From NCBI GenBank assembly GCA_040954595.2, contig CM082587.2, positions 9,863,403 to 9,927,402 of the forward strand: 64,000 nt of DNA. The letters are read 5' to 3'. The position numbers were made by a program, and so were the translations under genes. Numbering within the stretch: position 1 is the stretch's first letter; every line of letters begins with the position of its first letter. Of the stretch, positions 26,776-40,700 are shown piece by piece. This stretch comes from Balanoglossus misakiensis (lineage: Eukaryota > Animalia > Hemichordata). The notes under the pieces were generated by a model. That model was given only the letters and a program-made list of their open reading frames with translations, had not been told where the DNA came from and ran no database searches.

Positions 26776-29390
26776 CGAGTTGTCAGTTACAACATAACCC
26801 AAATACGTATACAGGTGCACAACTTGCAGTTGGCTGGTGCCAATTTTCACCAGAGGCAGATTCTCCTTTTTGAGTGAACTCTTGTTTGGTATAAAATACA
26901 TACACTTCGATTTTGTTTTGTGATAGACAATGTCATGTTCGATTCCATAACTCTCACAAATTGAAACTAGATGACGTAAACCTTTTATCGACGGGCACAG
27001 AAGTGACAAATCATCGGCGTAATGAGGTGATTAAACATTTGACCACCTATATTACAGACAATTTTAGACGAACTAAGACGAATGCTTAGCTCATCCATGT
27101 AGACATTGAACAGCAGAGGAGATAGAATGCTACCTTGACGGACTCCGTTCTTGGCATTGAACACTGTGGACCTCATTCCGCCCCATTGCACAAAAAATTC
27201 CTGTGTCCGGTACCAGACAAGCAGGATGCGTAAAACATAACGAGGAACTCCCCTTTCAATGAGCTTTTTGAAGAGGGTCCAATGGTTCACACGATCAAAG
27301 GCTTTTGACGCGTCAAGGAAACATACAAAAATCGGGCTGTTGTAACACTAGTAATTAAGGACTTCTTTCAAAATGTAAATACAAAGATCAGTGGAGTGCC
27401 CCTGTTTGAACCCAAATTGAAAGTCTTCTGTGTGTAGGTAATGTTTACAACGGTTAAGAATAACAATTTCCAAAATTTTAGAGGAAGACGTTGAGATTGC
27501 AATGGGTCTATAGTTGTTCTTGCTGGTTACATCACCAAAGCAAACATTTGATGCCCTTCTCAAGGCTGAGTGATGTTACGATAGAACGCACTAATGCTGT
27601 CCTTATGACGTCCACACACACACTGACTATCTCTGCAGAGCAATGCTTGTGTCGGAATTTCAATCTCTTGGAGATATTTGTCGGAAGTATTGTAGAAATT
27701 GTCAATATCACTGTTGCTAATTTGATTCCAGTGGACTCGGTTTCTACAAGTGCCAGTATCATTATGACCGTCTTCCAAAGAGGGGAGTGCGCTTAGGCTG
27801 CATTCACAAACACCTCTGGAGGGGGGGGGGGGCAGGAGAATTGAGGGGGGGGGATTTGAAAAAATTAAGGGTATGTAAGGGGGGGGGGATTTGAAATAAT
27901 TTAGGGACTGAAAGGGGGGGACTTGAAAACTTTAACGACTAAATATTTATTTTGAGTCCACAAAAATGCAGTTTCGCGCCCTTTATTTTACAAAATTTTC
28001 TAATGTGGGAGGGGGACACCCCCTCCCAAACCCACCCCCTTCAATTATCGGTTTACAATGTCTCCCAACACAGAATACAAATATATGTACTTAAAAAATA
28101 AAAGCAATGTTCAGTTTTAATACCCACTGATGAGGGGAAAAATCAGTTTCAAATTCTTTTCATGGGAGTGCTGTTTTTCTTTTTACAAGATAGATAGGTG
28201 ATGTGTTTTGCTCTGCGAAAGAAAATGGGGGGGGGGGATTTCAAAATTTTGGCAGTTCGGAAGGGGGGGATTTGAAAATATTGGCAGTTTGGAAGGGGGG
28301 CATGTGAAAATTAGCGGTAAAAAAAAATGAATTCTCCCGCCCCCCCCCCCCTCCAGAGGTGTTTGTGAATGCAGCCTTAGCGAGATTGACATTGACAGGG
28401 GAAAGTGGTCTGAGGCAACAAAATCATGCAGAACCGACATTGAGTTTATACTGGCATGCGCCGAGAACGTAGCCACACAATGGTCTAGCCACGAAGTTTT
28501 CTTATGAGCTTCGCTCATGTAGGTGAATGGACCATTAGCCGTATTTAACAGGTGACAATCCGACAGAAAGAAGTTGTTTTCACAACAGAATGATTTCAGT
28601 TCTTTCCCAAACGGTCTATTAGGATCGGCATTCCAGTCGCCCATAGCAAAAACACTGTTTGCTCCACTTTCCTCAATTATATTTTCTATCTTGGACAGGT
28701 GTTGCATAAAAGAGTCGAAATTTTCTTCACAGTCAGTAGGCATGTACACACAAATGAAAAGGAGAATCTTGTCTGCCAGTTGAAGACGTAAGCCTATCGT
28801 CATTCCCGTGGTGACAAATTGTTGTATTAGCCTTATGGACGAGGGACTTTCTCCAGAGGATTCCAACCCCACCATACGGTCTTCCAATTCTAATGGCGGT
28901 GTTATCTACTGACGAACACACGAGCTGGTGGACGCGAAACAACGACTTTTAGCATACCATCATTGTCACTGGAGTCAGTTCCGATAACAGGCTTTGGACG
29001 CCCAACTCTACGTTGTCGACGTCTATTTACCATAGTAAAGCTGCCATCGTTAGCAGAGATCGATGTCATTGGCTGCCTAGGTTGAATAGTACCTTGTGGT
29101 TCAATCCCAGCAATTTGTTTCTGATGCGCACCTGTGGCAGCTATGCTGGCATATGATTGTGTGTGATATGCAGAGCAGGCACCGGTATTCGGTTTTGATT
29201 GTGGCGCTGAATTGTTATAAGCAGAGCCAGAAGGTCGGACATTTGGAGTAGAAGGTTGATCAGTGTCACCATTACGATTATTGTGCGTTGTTTTGCATTG
29301 TGCAACATTGTCATTTGTCATCTTCGACGAGGGGGATGACACAAATTGGTCCTTTATAGATTTAATTTCGGAACGCAGACAGTTAAAATT
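26776..29390 (-). mobile_element. Degenerate RTE-X-like non-LTR retrotransposon (ORF1 remnant, AP endonuclease, RT)
   Basis: Endonuclease motifs CVYMPTD, GDWNAD, SWLDH, SDHFP. RT motifs NYRPIAI, QFGFK, LDASKAFDRV, GVRQGSILSPLLFNVYMD and a frameshifted YADD. Contains internal deletions. Confidence 0.85.
27796..28376. mobile_element. PIF/Harbinger-like MITE inserted in the RTE-X ORF2
   Basis: TIR GGCTGCATTCACAAACACCTCTGGAGGGG with a TTA target-site duplication on both sides; truncated relative at 52633-53231. Confidence 0.85.
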
Positions 29391-29516
29391 TCCGGTAATT
29401 TGCAGATTCTAAATCTTTAGTAATAGCTAATATAAATTTGAAAGGAGATCATCAACTAATTCCTCAATGAAAATGATAAAAGTATGGTACATGTATAGAC
29501 TCACCAGCTGGATATC

Positions 29517-29563
<47 letters not shown>

Positions 29564-29794
29564 TACAGAGACAGAGAAGAAGAAGGAAAAGGAGGAAGAG
29601 AGAGACATTTATTTTTAAAATTCCTTCAGGCATGAGAGGAAATTTCCCGTAATTTGCATATTCTAAATTTTTAGTAATAGCCAATGTAAATTGGTGAAAG
29701 GAAATCAACAACTAATTCCTCGACTAAAATGATAAAAGTACTGGGTATATTATACTTACACGCTGTATAGATGAGAGAGAGAGAGAGAGAGATA

Positions 29795-29866
<72 letters not shown>

Positions 29867-30864
29867 ATGAGGGAGAGAGAAACATTTATCTTTTAAATTC
29901 CTTCAGGCAAGGGAGGAAATTTCCGGTAATTCGTAGATTCTAAATTATTAATAATAGCTAATGTAAATTTGAAAGGAAATCAACAACTAATTCCTCGACT
30001 AAAATGATAAAAGTAAGGGTATATACATACCTCCTGGATATGAAAGAGGGATAGACAGAGAGAGAGAGAGAGAGAGAGAGAGTGATGGAGAGATTGAGAG
30101 AGTGATGGAGAGAGAGAAAATGAGGGAGAGACAGAGATAGTAAGAGCGAGAGAGACATAGTGATAGAGAGATAGAGACAATGAGGGAGAGAGAGACATTT
30201 TTTTAAATTTCTTCAGGCATGGGAGGAAATTTCCGGTAATTTGCAGATTCTAAATTTTTAGTAATAGCCAATGTAAATTTGAAAGAAAATCAACAACTAA
30301 TTCCCCGACTAAAATGATAAAAGTAGGATATATACATACCTCCTGCATATGAAAGAGAGATAGAGAGAGACAGACAAAGATAAAAAGAGAGAGAGAGAGA
30401 GAGAGACTCAGAGAGAGAGAGAGAGAGAGAGGCAGAGAGAGACAGAGAAAGAGAGAGAGAGTGATTGAGAGAGAGAGAGTGATTGAGAGAGAGAGAGACA
30501 ATCAGGGAGAGAGAGATGTTATTTTTTTAAATTCCTTCAGGCATGGGAGGAAATTTCCGGTAATGTGCAGTTTCTAAATTTTTAGTAATAGCCAATGTAA
30601 ATTTGAAAGGAGACCATCAACTAATTCCTCAACGAAAATGATGAAAGTATGGTACATGTATAGACTCACCAACTGGATATCAGAGAGAGAGAGAGAGAGG
30701 GAGAGACAGACAGTCAGAGACAGAGAAGAAGAGGGAAAAGGAGGAAGAGAGAGACATTTATTTTTAAAATTCCTTCAGGCATGAGAGGAAGCTTCCGGTA
30801 ATTCACATCAACTAATTCCTCGAATAAAATGATAAAAGTAGGGTATATACACACCTTTTGTATC

Positions 30865-30905
<41 letters not shown>

Positions 30906-31143
30906 CAAAAAGACAGACAGAGACAGAAACAGGGAAAGAGGGAGAAGGAGAGGGAAAAGGAGGGAGTCGAGAGAGACATTTATTTTATAAATTTCTTCAG
31001 GCATGGGAGGAAATTTCCGGTAATTCGTAGATTCTAAATTTTTAGTAATAGCCAATGTAAATTTGAAAGGAAATCAACAACTAATTCCTCAACTAAAATG
31101 AAAAAAAATAGGGTATATACATACCTCCTGCATATGAAAGAGG

Positions 31144-31175
<32 letters not shown>

Positions 31176-31209
31176 GAGACAGAGACAGAGAGAGACAGAG
31201 AGAGAGAGT
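29387..31209. repeat. Tandem satellite: ~150-bp conserved core plus variable (AG)n/(ACAG)n, about 7 units; continues at 37431-37735
   Basis: Repeated AATTCCTTCAGGCATGGGAGGAAATTTCCGGTAATT...CAACTAATTCCTCGACTAAAATGATAAAAGTA separated by GA-rich tracts. Confidence 0.9.
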
Positions 31210-33313
31210 TGAGTTTTCAAATAACCTTTAATGTACAAAACTATATTATACTAAATTACATACAAGTTTTCAACAAAATCAGCCCAAATCAAGCGAATTA
31301 ACAATTATCAATCAACATACTATACATCACATCATCATCAAAATCAGTACCAGCTGATCGATGGAGACACTAAAATATGTACATAAATCCTTTTATACAA
31401 AGTGTTCATAATTTAAAAATCAGTTCATTATCCGTGGTAAGCTCACATATTGCATTGTTAATACACCATATATTACTGAACAGTTTGTAATTTGCAGTCA
31501 GGTTGTCCTATGGGCATTCCGATGGCAAACCAGGTCAGAGGAATTGTGTCGCTTTCCAGAACTTTCTTTAGCAGCACACATAAATATTCATAAAGAGGCT
31601 GTATAGCTGGGCAATCGATTAACAGGTGGAAGAGTGTCTCAGGTTCCCCACAGTGTGGACAGTCAATATTGTCTCGTTGATTACTCAAGTATAAATATCG
31701 TCCCGTTGCCAAGCACCCGTGGATCGCTCTCCATTGAACGTCACAGTCACGTCTGCTAAGGGGTTCTGAATACACTGTATTAAAGTTAGCCTTGAGATCA
31801 GTTGGTAATGACAACAGATCATGCCATGGAGTTGGCAGTCTGTGGATATGTTTCTGATTGTACAGTTTTTTGATAAATAAAAAGTAAATATCTTTTCTAC
31901 AAAATTTACTGAAACAAATGGGTTCTAAATCTGTATGAGGAAGTGAAATATCAAATTGAATAGGTGTTATCTCCCCTGAATCATCATTGTTATTTGAAAT
32001 ATAATGCTCAAGTTGTGTTTTCCACTTTTGGGGGATAGAATCCCAAAGTAACTGAATTGTTCTGTGTAAAACTCTAACAGAATTAACCGAAACATCTTTT
32101 TGTATTTCAAAGGTGGTTTTCTTGCGTTTTTCACCAAAATTAAAAAGATCACAAATTTTTACGACGCCCCCATCAATAAAATGCTTCAGATATAGGGGGC
32201 ATTTCTGTGTGGGATGTAAAACCAATGGGTTGTAAAACAAAGGTTCTGCCATAATATCAGTAACAGTAATCTGAGTATTGCGTCGCTTCGTATCAAGCAG
32301 CAACCACGTTTTCAGTAACTGGTAATAAAAGGGGGGAGCATTATCATTTAAGTAAATAATATCTGATAAATTAATAGCAAAAACATTAATTCCATAACTG
32401 AATATAACTATTTTGTTTAAGAAAAATCTTGCATAGTGATGTAAACAATAGTCAGAGTTATCATACAGCAGTTTTCGTATATGCATCATTCGAAAGCTGT
32501 TAATTTTACTTTGAATGTGAACAATGGCCTGACCTCCCTCATCAACCGGCAGGTACAGCATTTCGTGTGGAAGCCAATGCCTTCCTTGCCAAAAGAAATT
32601 AACAAAAAGAACTTGAATATTAGATACAAGATCATCAGGGGGGGGGGGGTATGCAAAGAAACTTGTGCCAAAGTTTTGATGCAGCTAACTGATTAATTAT
32701 GATGGCTCTACCACGGTAAGAAATGGCTTTTGCATACAGTTTCCATCTTTTAAGCGTTTGCTCAACATAGTCCATCAGACCCTCCCAGTTTTTCTTAATG
32801 TACTCCTTATCATTGCCAAGGTAAACACCTAAAAATTTCAACCCTTCACTGTTCCAAGAGAGGTCTAAAGGACAGTCCTTTCTATTCCGCCAACTTCCAG
32901 CCCAGAGACCTTTGGACTTCTGAAAGTTAATTTTAGCGTTAGAAGCCTTTTCATACACATCAAGCCAATAAGAAAGCCCATCAAAATCTTGGTCACAAGT
33001 TACAAAAACATTTATATCATCGGCATACCCAGAAAGAACTTTTTTTCTTGAATTAACTCCAGGGATTGAAAAGCCACGCATATTACCACTTGTCCGTAGT
33101 TTGTGTAGTAACGGTTCTATGCAAAGCGTGTACAATTGTCCTGACAGGGCGCAACCCTGGCGAATTCCCCGTCCAAAAACAAAAAGGTACTGTAAGATCA
33201 TAATTCACTTTCAGGACACTTTCAGTATTATTATAGATCAACCTGATGTAGTCAATAAAACCTTCACCAAAGCCAAAGGCTTGTAAAGTGTTGAAAAGGT
33301 AACTGTGATGCAC
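31210..33313 (-). mobile_element. 5'-truncated tandem duplicate of the Tx1 LINE 3' 2.1 kb
   Basis: Near-identical to 33316-35412, with an extra frameshift in the G-run at ~32640. Confidence 0.9.
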
Positions 33314-33315
33314 AT

Positions 33316-36300
33316 AAATAACCTTTAATGTACAAAAGTATATTATACTAAATTACATACAAGTTTTCAACAAAATCAGCCCAAATCAAGCGAATTAACA
33401 ATTATCAATCAACATACTATACATCACATCATCATCAAAATCAGTACCAGCTGATCGATGGCGACACTAAAATATGTACATAAATCCTTTTATACAAAGT
33501 GTTCATAATTTAAAAATCAGTTCATTATCCGTGGTAAGCTCACATATTGCATTGTTAATACACCATATATTACTGAACAGTTTGTAATTTGCAGTCAGGT
33601 TGTCCTATGGGCATTCCGATGGCAAACCAGGTCAGAGGAATTGTGTCGCTTTCCAGAACTTTCTTTAGCAGCACACATAAATATTCATAAAGAGGCTGTA
33701 TAGCTGGGCAATCGATTAACAGGTGGAAGAGTGTCTCAGGTTCCCCACAGTGTGGACAGTCAATATTGTCTCGTTGATTACTCAAGTATAAATATCGTCC
33801 CGTTGCCAAGCACCCGTGGATCGCTCTCCATTGAACGTCACAGTCACGTCTGCTAAGGGGTTCTGAATACACTGTATTAAAGTTAGCCTTGAGATCAGTT
33901 GGTAATGACAACAGATCATGCCATGGAGTTGGCAGTCTGTGGATATGTTTCTGATTGTACAGTTTTTTGATAAATAAAAAGTAAATATCTTTTCTACAAA
34001 ATTTACTGAAACAAATGGGTTCTAAATCTGTATGAGGAAGTGAAATATCAAATTGAATAGGTGTTATCTCCCCTGAATCATCATTGTTATTTGAAATATA
34101 ATGCTCAAGTTGTGTTTTCCACTTTTGGGGGATAGAATCCCAAAGTAACTGAATTGTTCTGTGTAAAACTCTAACAGAATTAACCGAAACATCTTTTTGT
34201 ATTTCAAAGGTGGTTTTCTTGCGTTTTTCACCAAAATTAAAAAGATCACAAATTTTTACGACGCCCCCATCAATAAAATGCTTCAGATATAGGGGGCATT
34301 TCTGTGTGGGATGTAAAACCAATGGGTTGTAAAACAAAGGTTCTGCCATAATATCAGTAACAGTAATCTGAGTATTGCGTCGCTTCGTATCAAGCAGCAA
34401 CCACGTTTTCAGTAACTGGTAATAAAAGGGGGGAGCATTATCATTTAAGTAAATAATATCTGATAAATTAATAGCAAAAACATTAATTCCATAACTGAAT
34501 ATAACTATTTTGTTTAAGAAAAATCTTGCATAGTGATGTAAACAATAGTCAGAGTTATCATACAGCAGTTTTCGTATATGCATCATTCGAAAGCTGTTAA
34601 TTTTACTTTGAATGTGAACAATGGCCTGACCTCCCTCATCAACCGGCAGGTACAGCATTTCGTGTGGAAGCCAATGCCTTCCTTGCCAAAAGAATTTAAC
34701 AAAAAGAACTTGAATATTAGATACAAGATCATCAGGGGGGGGGGGGGGTATGCAAAGAAACTTGTGCCAAAGTTTTGATGCAGCTAACTGATTAATTATG
34801 ATGGCTCTACCACGGTAAGAAATGGCTTTTGCATACAGTTTCCATCTTTTAAGCGTTTGCTCAACATAGTCCATCAGACCCTCCCAGTTTTTCTTAATGT
34901 ACTCCTTATCATTGCCAAGGTAAACACCTAAAAATTTCAACCCTTCACTGTTCCAAGAGAGGTCTAAAGGACAGTCCTTTCTATTCCGCCAACTTCCAGC
35001 CCAGAGACCTTTGGACTTCTGAAAGTTAATTTTAGCGTTAGAAGCCTTTTCATACACATCAAGCCAATAAGAAAGCCCATCAAAATCTTGGTCACAAGTT
35101 ACAAAAACATTTATATCATCGGCATACCCAGAAAGAACTTTTTTTCTTGAATTAACTCCAGGGATTGAAAAGCCACGCATATTACCACTTGTCCGTAGTT
35201 TGTGTAGTAACGGTTCTATGCAAAGCGTGTACAATTGTCCTGACAGGGCGCAACCCTGGCGAATTCCCCGTCCAAAAACAAAAAGGTACTGTAAGATCAT
35301 AATTCACTTTCAGGACACTTTCAGTATTATTATAGATCAACCTGATGTAGTCAATAAAACCTTCACCAAAGCCAAAGGCTTGTAAAGTGTTGAAAAGGTA
35401 ACTGTGATGCACTCGATCAAACGCTTTCTCTTGATCGAGTGAAACAATGGCCAGTGGACTTTGGTATTTATTTGCATAATAAAGAGTGTCGCGAATACAG
35501 TGAATATTATTAAAAATTGTCCTACCCGGAATACAATAACTTTGTATAATAACAAATAACAAAGTGACCAAAGCTCGGCGACAAGACAGCGGTAGAACTC
35601 CTGTTTGGATCGACTCAAGTAAAACATCATAAACGTCTTGTCCAATAACAGTCCAAAAACATTTATAAAATTCTGACGGAATGCCATCGATTCCCGGGGA
35701 TTTGTTATTGCGGAGTAACCGAACTGACTTGGTAAGTTCATCAAAGGTAATTTGTTGATCAAGAGAATGTTTTGTATCATCCGACAATCTTGGAATATCT
35801 GTGAAAATCTCATTAAGACGTTCCAAATCAATTTCATCTGGAGTGTAGAGTGATTTATAGAACTCTCTTGCAGTTTTTCGAATGGTTGCCGGATCCTCAG
35901 TAACAAAATTGTTACCAATTTTGAGATGTGTCATCATCTTTCGTGCACTTTTACGTTTTTCCAGATCAAAGAAAAACCTCGTGGACTTGTCACTTTCATT
36001 AATAAATTGAAATCTAGATCTAACCCACGCTCCCTTGACTTCAGTTTTGAGAATATCATTCAGCCGCGCTTTTTTCTGTTCATAATCTGCGTGATCAACA
36101 TGATTATTAGAGGACATATTATGTTCGATGACGGAAAGCTCTTTCAGAAGTTTTTCTTTCGTCGCTAGCTCATATTGACGTCGACCAGCACTATACTGTT
36201 GTGATAACAATTTTATCTGAATTTTGCCCGCGTCCCACCAGTTTTGTATGCAATCAAATTCCGATCTCTTTGTTTTCCAGCCACACCAAAAATCACTGAT

Positions 36301-37430
36301 CAGGGACTTATACTCCTCATCATCTAACAACGAAGAATTTAAGGTCCAACAAGCACTTTTGTGAACAACATGTTTTTGAGTGATTCGCATCTGCATAATG
36401 CAATGATCCGAGAAAGTAACTGGAACAATCATAGCAGAAACAACCCTATTAGTAATAAATTTACTGACATATAAGCGATCTAACCGCGCATGGGCATTAT
36501 GCCCGTGCCACGTGTAAGCGCGACTAGTGGGGTGAATTTGTCGCCAAGTATCAATAAGTTTAAACCTCTTGAGTAATTTACAGAGGAACATAGAAGACTC
36601 TCGGTGCGTTTCACACCCACTGTGCCTATCAACCTTAGCATCTATAGTACAGTTGAAATCTCCACCTAGAATAATTGGATCCTCAGATGAATGAATGCGA
36701 TTGAGAAGCTGTTTTAGTTTATGAAAAGCTATAAGGCGTGCCTGACCATCATTTGGTGCGTACATATTGATAAAATGATACTGATGATTGTTGAGTTTGG
36801 CGTGAACATAAATAAGACGACCGGGTATGATTTCTTCTTTTTGTAACACATCTACCCTCGCTTTGGGATGAAACAAAATAGCTGCACCCCCGGAAGAGGT
36901 ATTTAAATGAGAGAATTCGATATTTCCCCGCCATAAAATTCTCCATAATGGTTCATCTGTTACTGATGTGTGTGTCTCTTGAAGAAACATACAATCACAG
37001 CCATGCTGTGTCTTCAAGGATTCTATAACACTGTAACGCTTTAAAGCATCTCTACAACCACGAGTATTACAGGAGAGGAGCGACAGATGAGCCAAGATTA
37101 ATAGGTATATTGAAAAAAAGAGCTTCATTGTAGCAGAAGTATGAGAAGAAGACAGTTAAAACAATGGTGACAATCCATTTTTTCTCATATCGTTCCTTAC
37201 TTTTTTCATTAGCTTACTTATTCTTTGTTTAAGTGGCCTGTTGTCTGCTAGGGCTGTCCTATAAGCAATTGACAGACCTTCCAGCAAATTATTTTGATTT
37301 GGGCAAAATTCACGACATCTATCTACATGATTTTTAAGAGACTTTATATTATCAAGAAAAAGAATTAGTTTTTCTTGTGCTGGTACGGTATGACATTGTG
37401 ATAGGGGCGTTTGTTCTGTACTTTGTTCTT
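33316..37430 (-). mobile_element. L1/Tx1-clade non-LTR retrotransposon (end of ORF1 plus ORF2 EN-RT-zinc finger), inactivated
   Basis: EN motifs CNTRG, LQETH, GGDFN, ARLDR, SDH. RT motifs KSPGIDGIPSEFY, LDQEKAFDRV, GIRQGCALSG, YADD. C-terminal CPHC...ETLFHLLIDC. Deletion at ~35557 and +1 frameshift at ~35283. Confidence 0.92.
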
Positions 37431-37651
37431 GACAGACAGACAGAGACAGACAGACAGAGACAGAGAAGAAGAGGGAAAAGGAGGAAGAGAGAGACATTTA
37501 TTTTATAAATTCCTTCAGGCATTGGAGGAAATTTCCGGTAATTCGTAGATTCTAAATTATTAATAATAGCTAATGTAAATGTGAAAGGAAATCAACAAAT
37601 AATTCCTCGACTAAAATGATAAAAGTAGGGTATATACATACCTTTTGTATC

Positions 37652-37716
<65 letters not shown>

Positions 37717-37760
37717 GGCAGAAACAGGGAAAGTAACAGCCACGTGTGAATATTTTATAG

Positions 37761-40700
37761 GCGGAAAAGTTGAACCTCTTCGAGGAGAAGAAAGATGTGC
37801 GCCCTGACGTCACAAAGAAAGCCGTCACAGACTGGTTGACGGAGAAGTCGAACTGGCTGTTGGTCTTGGATAATGCTGATCTGTCTAGCAACGTCTTCGA
37901 TTATTTCCCCAATTTCCCTAATGGAGGTCACGTCATCATCACGTCACGTGATACGTCCTATGCAACGTCAATCGTATATCCTGTAGTGAAGAAGAAATTC
38001 CATATAAAACCTCTCAGAGAAGACGAGGCCATGGTCTTACTGGTCCGCTATGTCGACGATCAACCAAACGGGGAACCAATGACCGTCAACTCAGCTAAAG
38101 ACATGATCCAGAAGATGGAAGAGCGTAATCAAGCCAACCTCGAAGCACTTCAGTGGCTTGCTGGTCCCGATGGCCTCGATGGTCTACCACTCGCACTCAT
38201 TGCCGCTGCAAAGTACATGAATGAAAACAAGACGTCGTTTTCTGGATACAAGCAACTGTCGATTAATTGTATCGACAAGGAATTGTTTCCTACCGCTGAA
38301 GATGATCCACTGAGGGCCTTTTTAAAGAGCTGTTACTTGGACAAGTATCACGAAAACATACGCGAGAGGACTCACAACTCCCTCACGGCATTCTTGGAGA
38401 TGACCAAATCTGACCTGACTTCTCCCCCAGTAAAAATGACAGAGACCGATGCTGACCGGTTCCTGGAAGAAAGAGACCGCGAGGTGTTCATCAACAAATG
38501 GATGTACAAACGGAAAAGTGTCCTGGCCACATGGAGCTTGACATTCCGACATCTGATGGTCACACAGCAAGGCAGAGCCGCCTTGGAGCTCCTTCAGATG
38601 TGCGTGTTTCTGGAACCCACTGTTTCAGAGCAACTTATCATCCAAGGGGTCGAAAGCATCAGCCTAAATGACCTTCAAGCGGCTTTGAAGGACAAAGTGA
38701 AGGGCCTGAGAGCAGACGAAGAAAGCGACCAGATTCAGCGTAACCTCAACACAGTTCTGAAGAAGCTACGAAAGCACTGCCTGGTCGACACCAACGAAAC
38801 AAACATCGGTCGAGCAAAGCTTGGTCACTGGGTAAAGCGAAATTTTACCATTCACAGGGTTATGAGGAAGGCTGTTAAAGCAGATCTCTCTGAAGACACA
38901 TATAGTGAAAAGTACATCGCGGCTATATCCGGTACAATATCGTTCCTGGTTTCAATCTTCCCCACGTACGAACAGGTCTACAGAAGATTTACTGGTCCCT
39001 ACGAGGCCATATCCGAAGAAGAAGAAGAGGTGGCTCTCCATACCAAGACTCTCTCTCGTAACCTCAGAAACGACCTGCTCACCGCAGCAAAGGGGGAGAT
39101 ACACAACCCTGCTGACCTGCTGTATGCTGTTGCACTGTATTATAGACTCGTAAGGTGGAGGCGCGATGAAGCACTTGCACTCTACATGAAGGCTTTAGAA
39201 GTAGAAACCATCCTCGGCACGGCACTCGATAGCCAAAAACGAAACTTTCAAATTGCTTATGGTGAGTTTATACAGTATTTTTTTCAAATAGTACTGTTTT
39301 ACGTCACTCTGTTTTTATCAAACATATTCGAGCTCGAATGCGTTGTTCTGTAGACGTCCAGATTAAAGAGAAACAAAACCAAGAGTTTAAAGACATAACA
39401 TCGCCAGAATATTACAAATCATAACGTTTCACCATTTTCTCATGGTACCGACGCTTAAGTATTTTTGAATTTGTGTAGCACATACTATTAATTTGAGTAT
39501 TCCTGTGAAATTTTTTTGTCAGTTAAAAAATCTCTACTTACAGTGTTTTATTTCACTCCAGCTCACTTTCAGCTTGGCAGAGTTCTGATGGAACTTGATA
39601 ATAAGGAGAAAGCTCTCGAGCACCTTGCACTGGCGGACCACTACAGAAAGAGCTGCTCCGAAGAAAAATATGATGCAGATGTAACCTTGGCAAAGTGTGA
39701 GTATAGTGTCATGCCATTCGGATAATTGGTAGTGTTAGAAGCAGATGTATGTAAAGTGCCTAAATGCTGTAATTTAACACCGCCTTTGTATGTCACAGTC
39801 TTCTTCTCACACTCCTGGCACGCTGGGAGTGTGGGATCAGAGTGTGAGAACAAATCGATCCCACACTCTCACTGAATTTTGCCCACACTTACCTACGGCT
39901 CGTGTGGGACAGAAAATCCCCAACTCGTGTAAGAAATATGATCCCAGGTCCTTTGTAGTGTGAGATTCTATTAATCGTTACTATTTCGTTTAAAATGTGC
40001 GCACATACAAAAACGGATATCAGTACCTTGTTTCCCAACACATTAGAATGTTTTTTTTTATATTGTTTATAAACTTTTACCACAAGTTTGATAAAACAAA
40101 ATCCCACCAATCATTAACCTAAACCCAATGTATCTTGAGGGTTGACATTTTTATGAACCACAGTGTACAATATACAAGCGATGGCCCTCGAAGGAGGATA
40201 CGCGAGGGACTACAACAAGCCCATTCCTGACGAAAGCACTGTGAATGTAATTGAAGGCAAATTCCAGACGGCAATCAAAATTTGTCAGAAAAACTACAAG
40301 AATGAGCCAGGAAAGTGGACGGCCATAGGTATGCAAGTATAATATATTCTTGTTATTTTATAACTGCACATTAACGGGCAAAGAACTACCATTACAGCTC
40401 TCTGTATACAAACCATCATGGCATATGTACATTTGTGTATATCATAATCACCGTTTTGAGCGAACTGCGATCATTGCACTCTCTTGATTGCTCTTTCAGC
40501 CATGCATGAATATGCAGTTTTTCTCCGCCGAAAGGAGCCAGTTGACACAGGCAAAATAGAGACACTGTTTCGGGAGTCCCTGGAAATGAAGAAGAAGGTT
40601 AGGGGATCCAAAGATAATGGAAACCATATAAGCATTGCGATTGGTGAGTGCATGTGAACTTTAAACTGAATATTACTGTTTACAGGGTTTGATCAGGGTT

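Noticed and set aside
29427-31301. SLSLSL and RERERE ORFs (also 51006-51341)
   Set aside because: Translations of AG/TC microsatellites.
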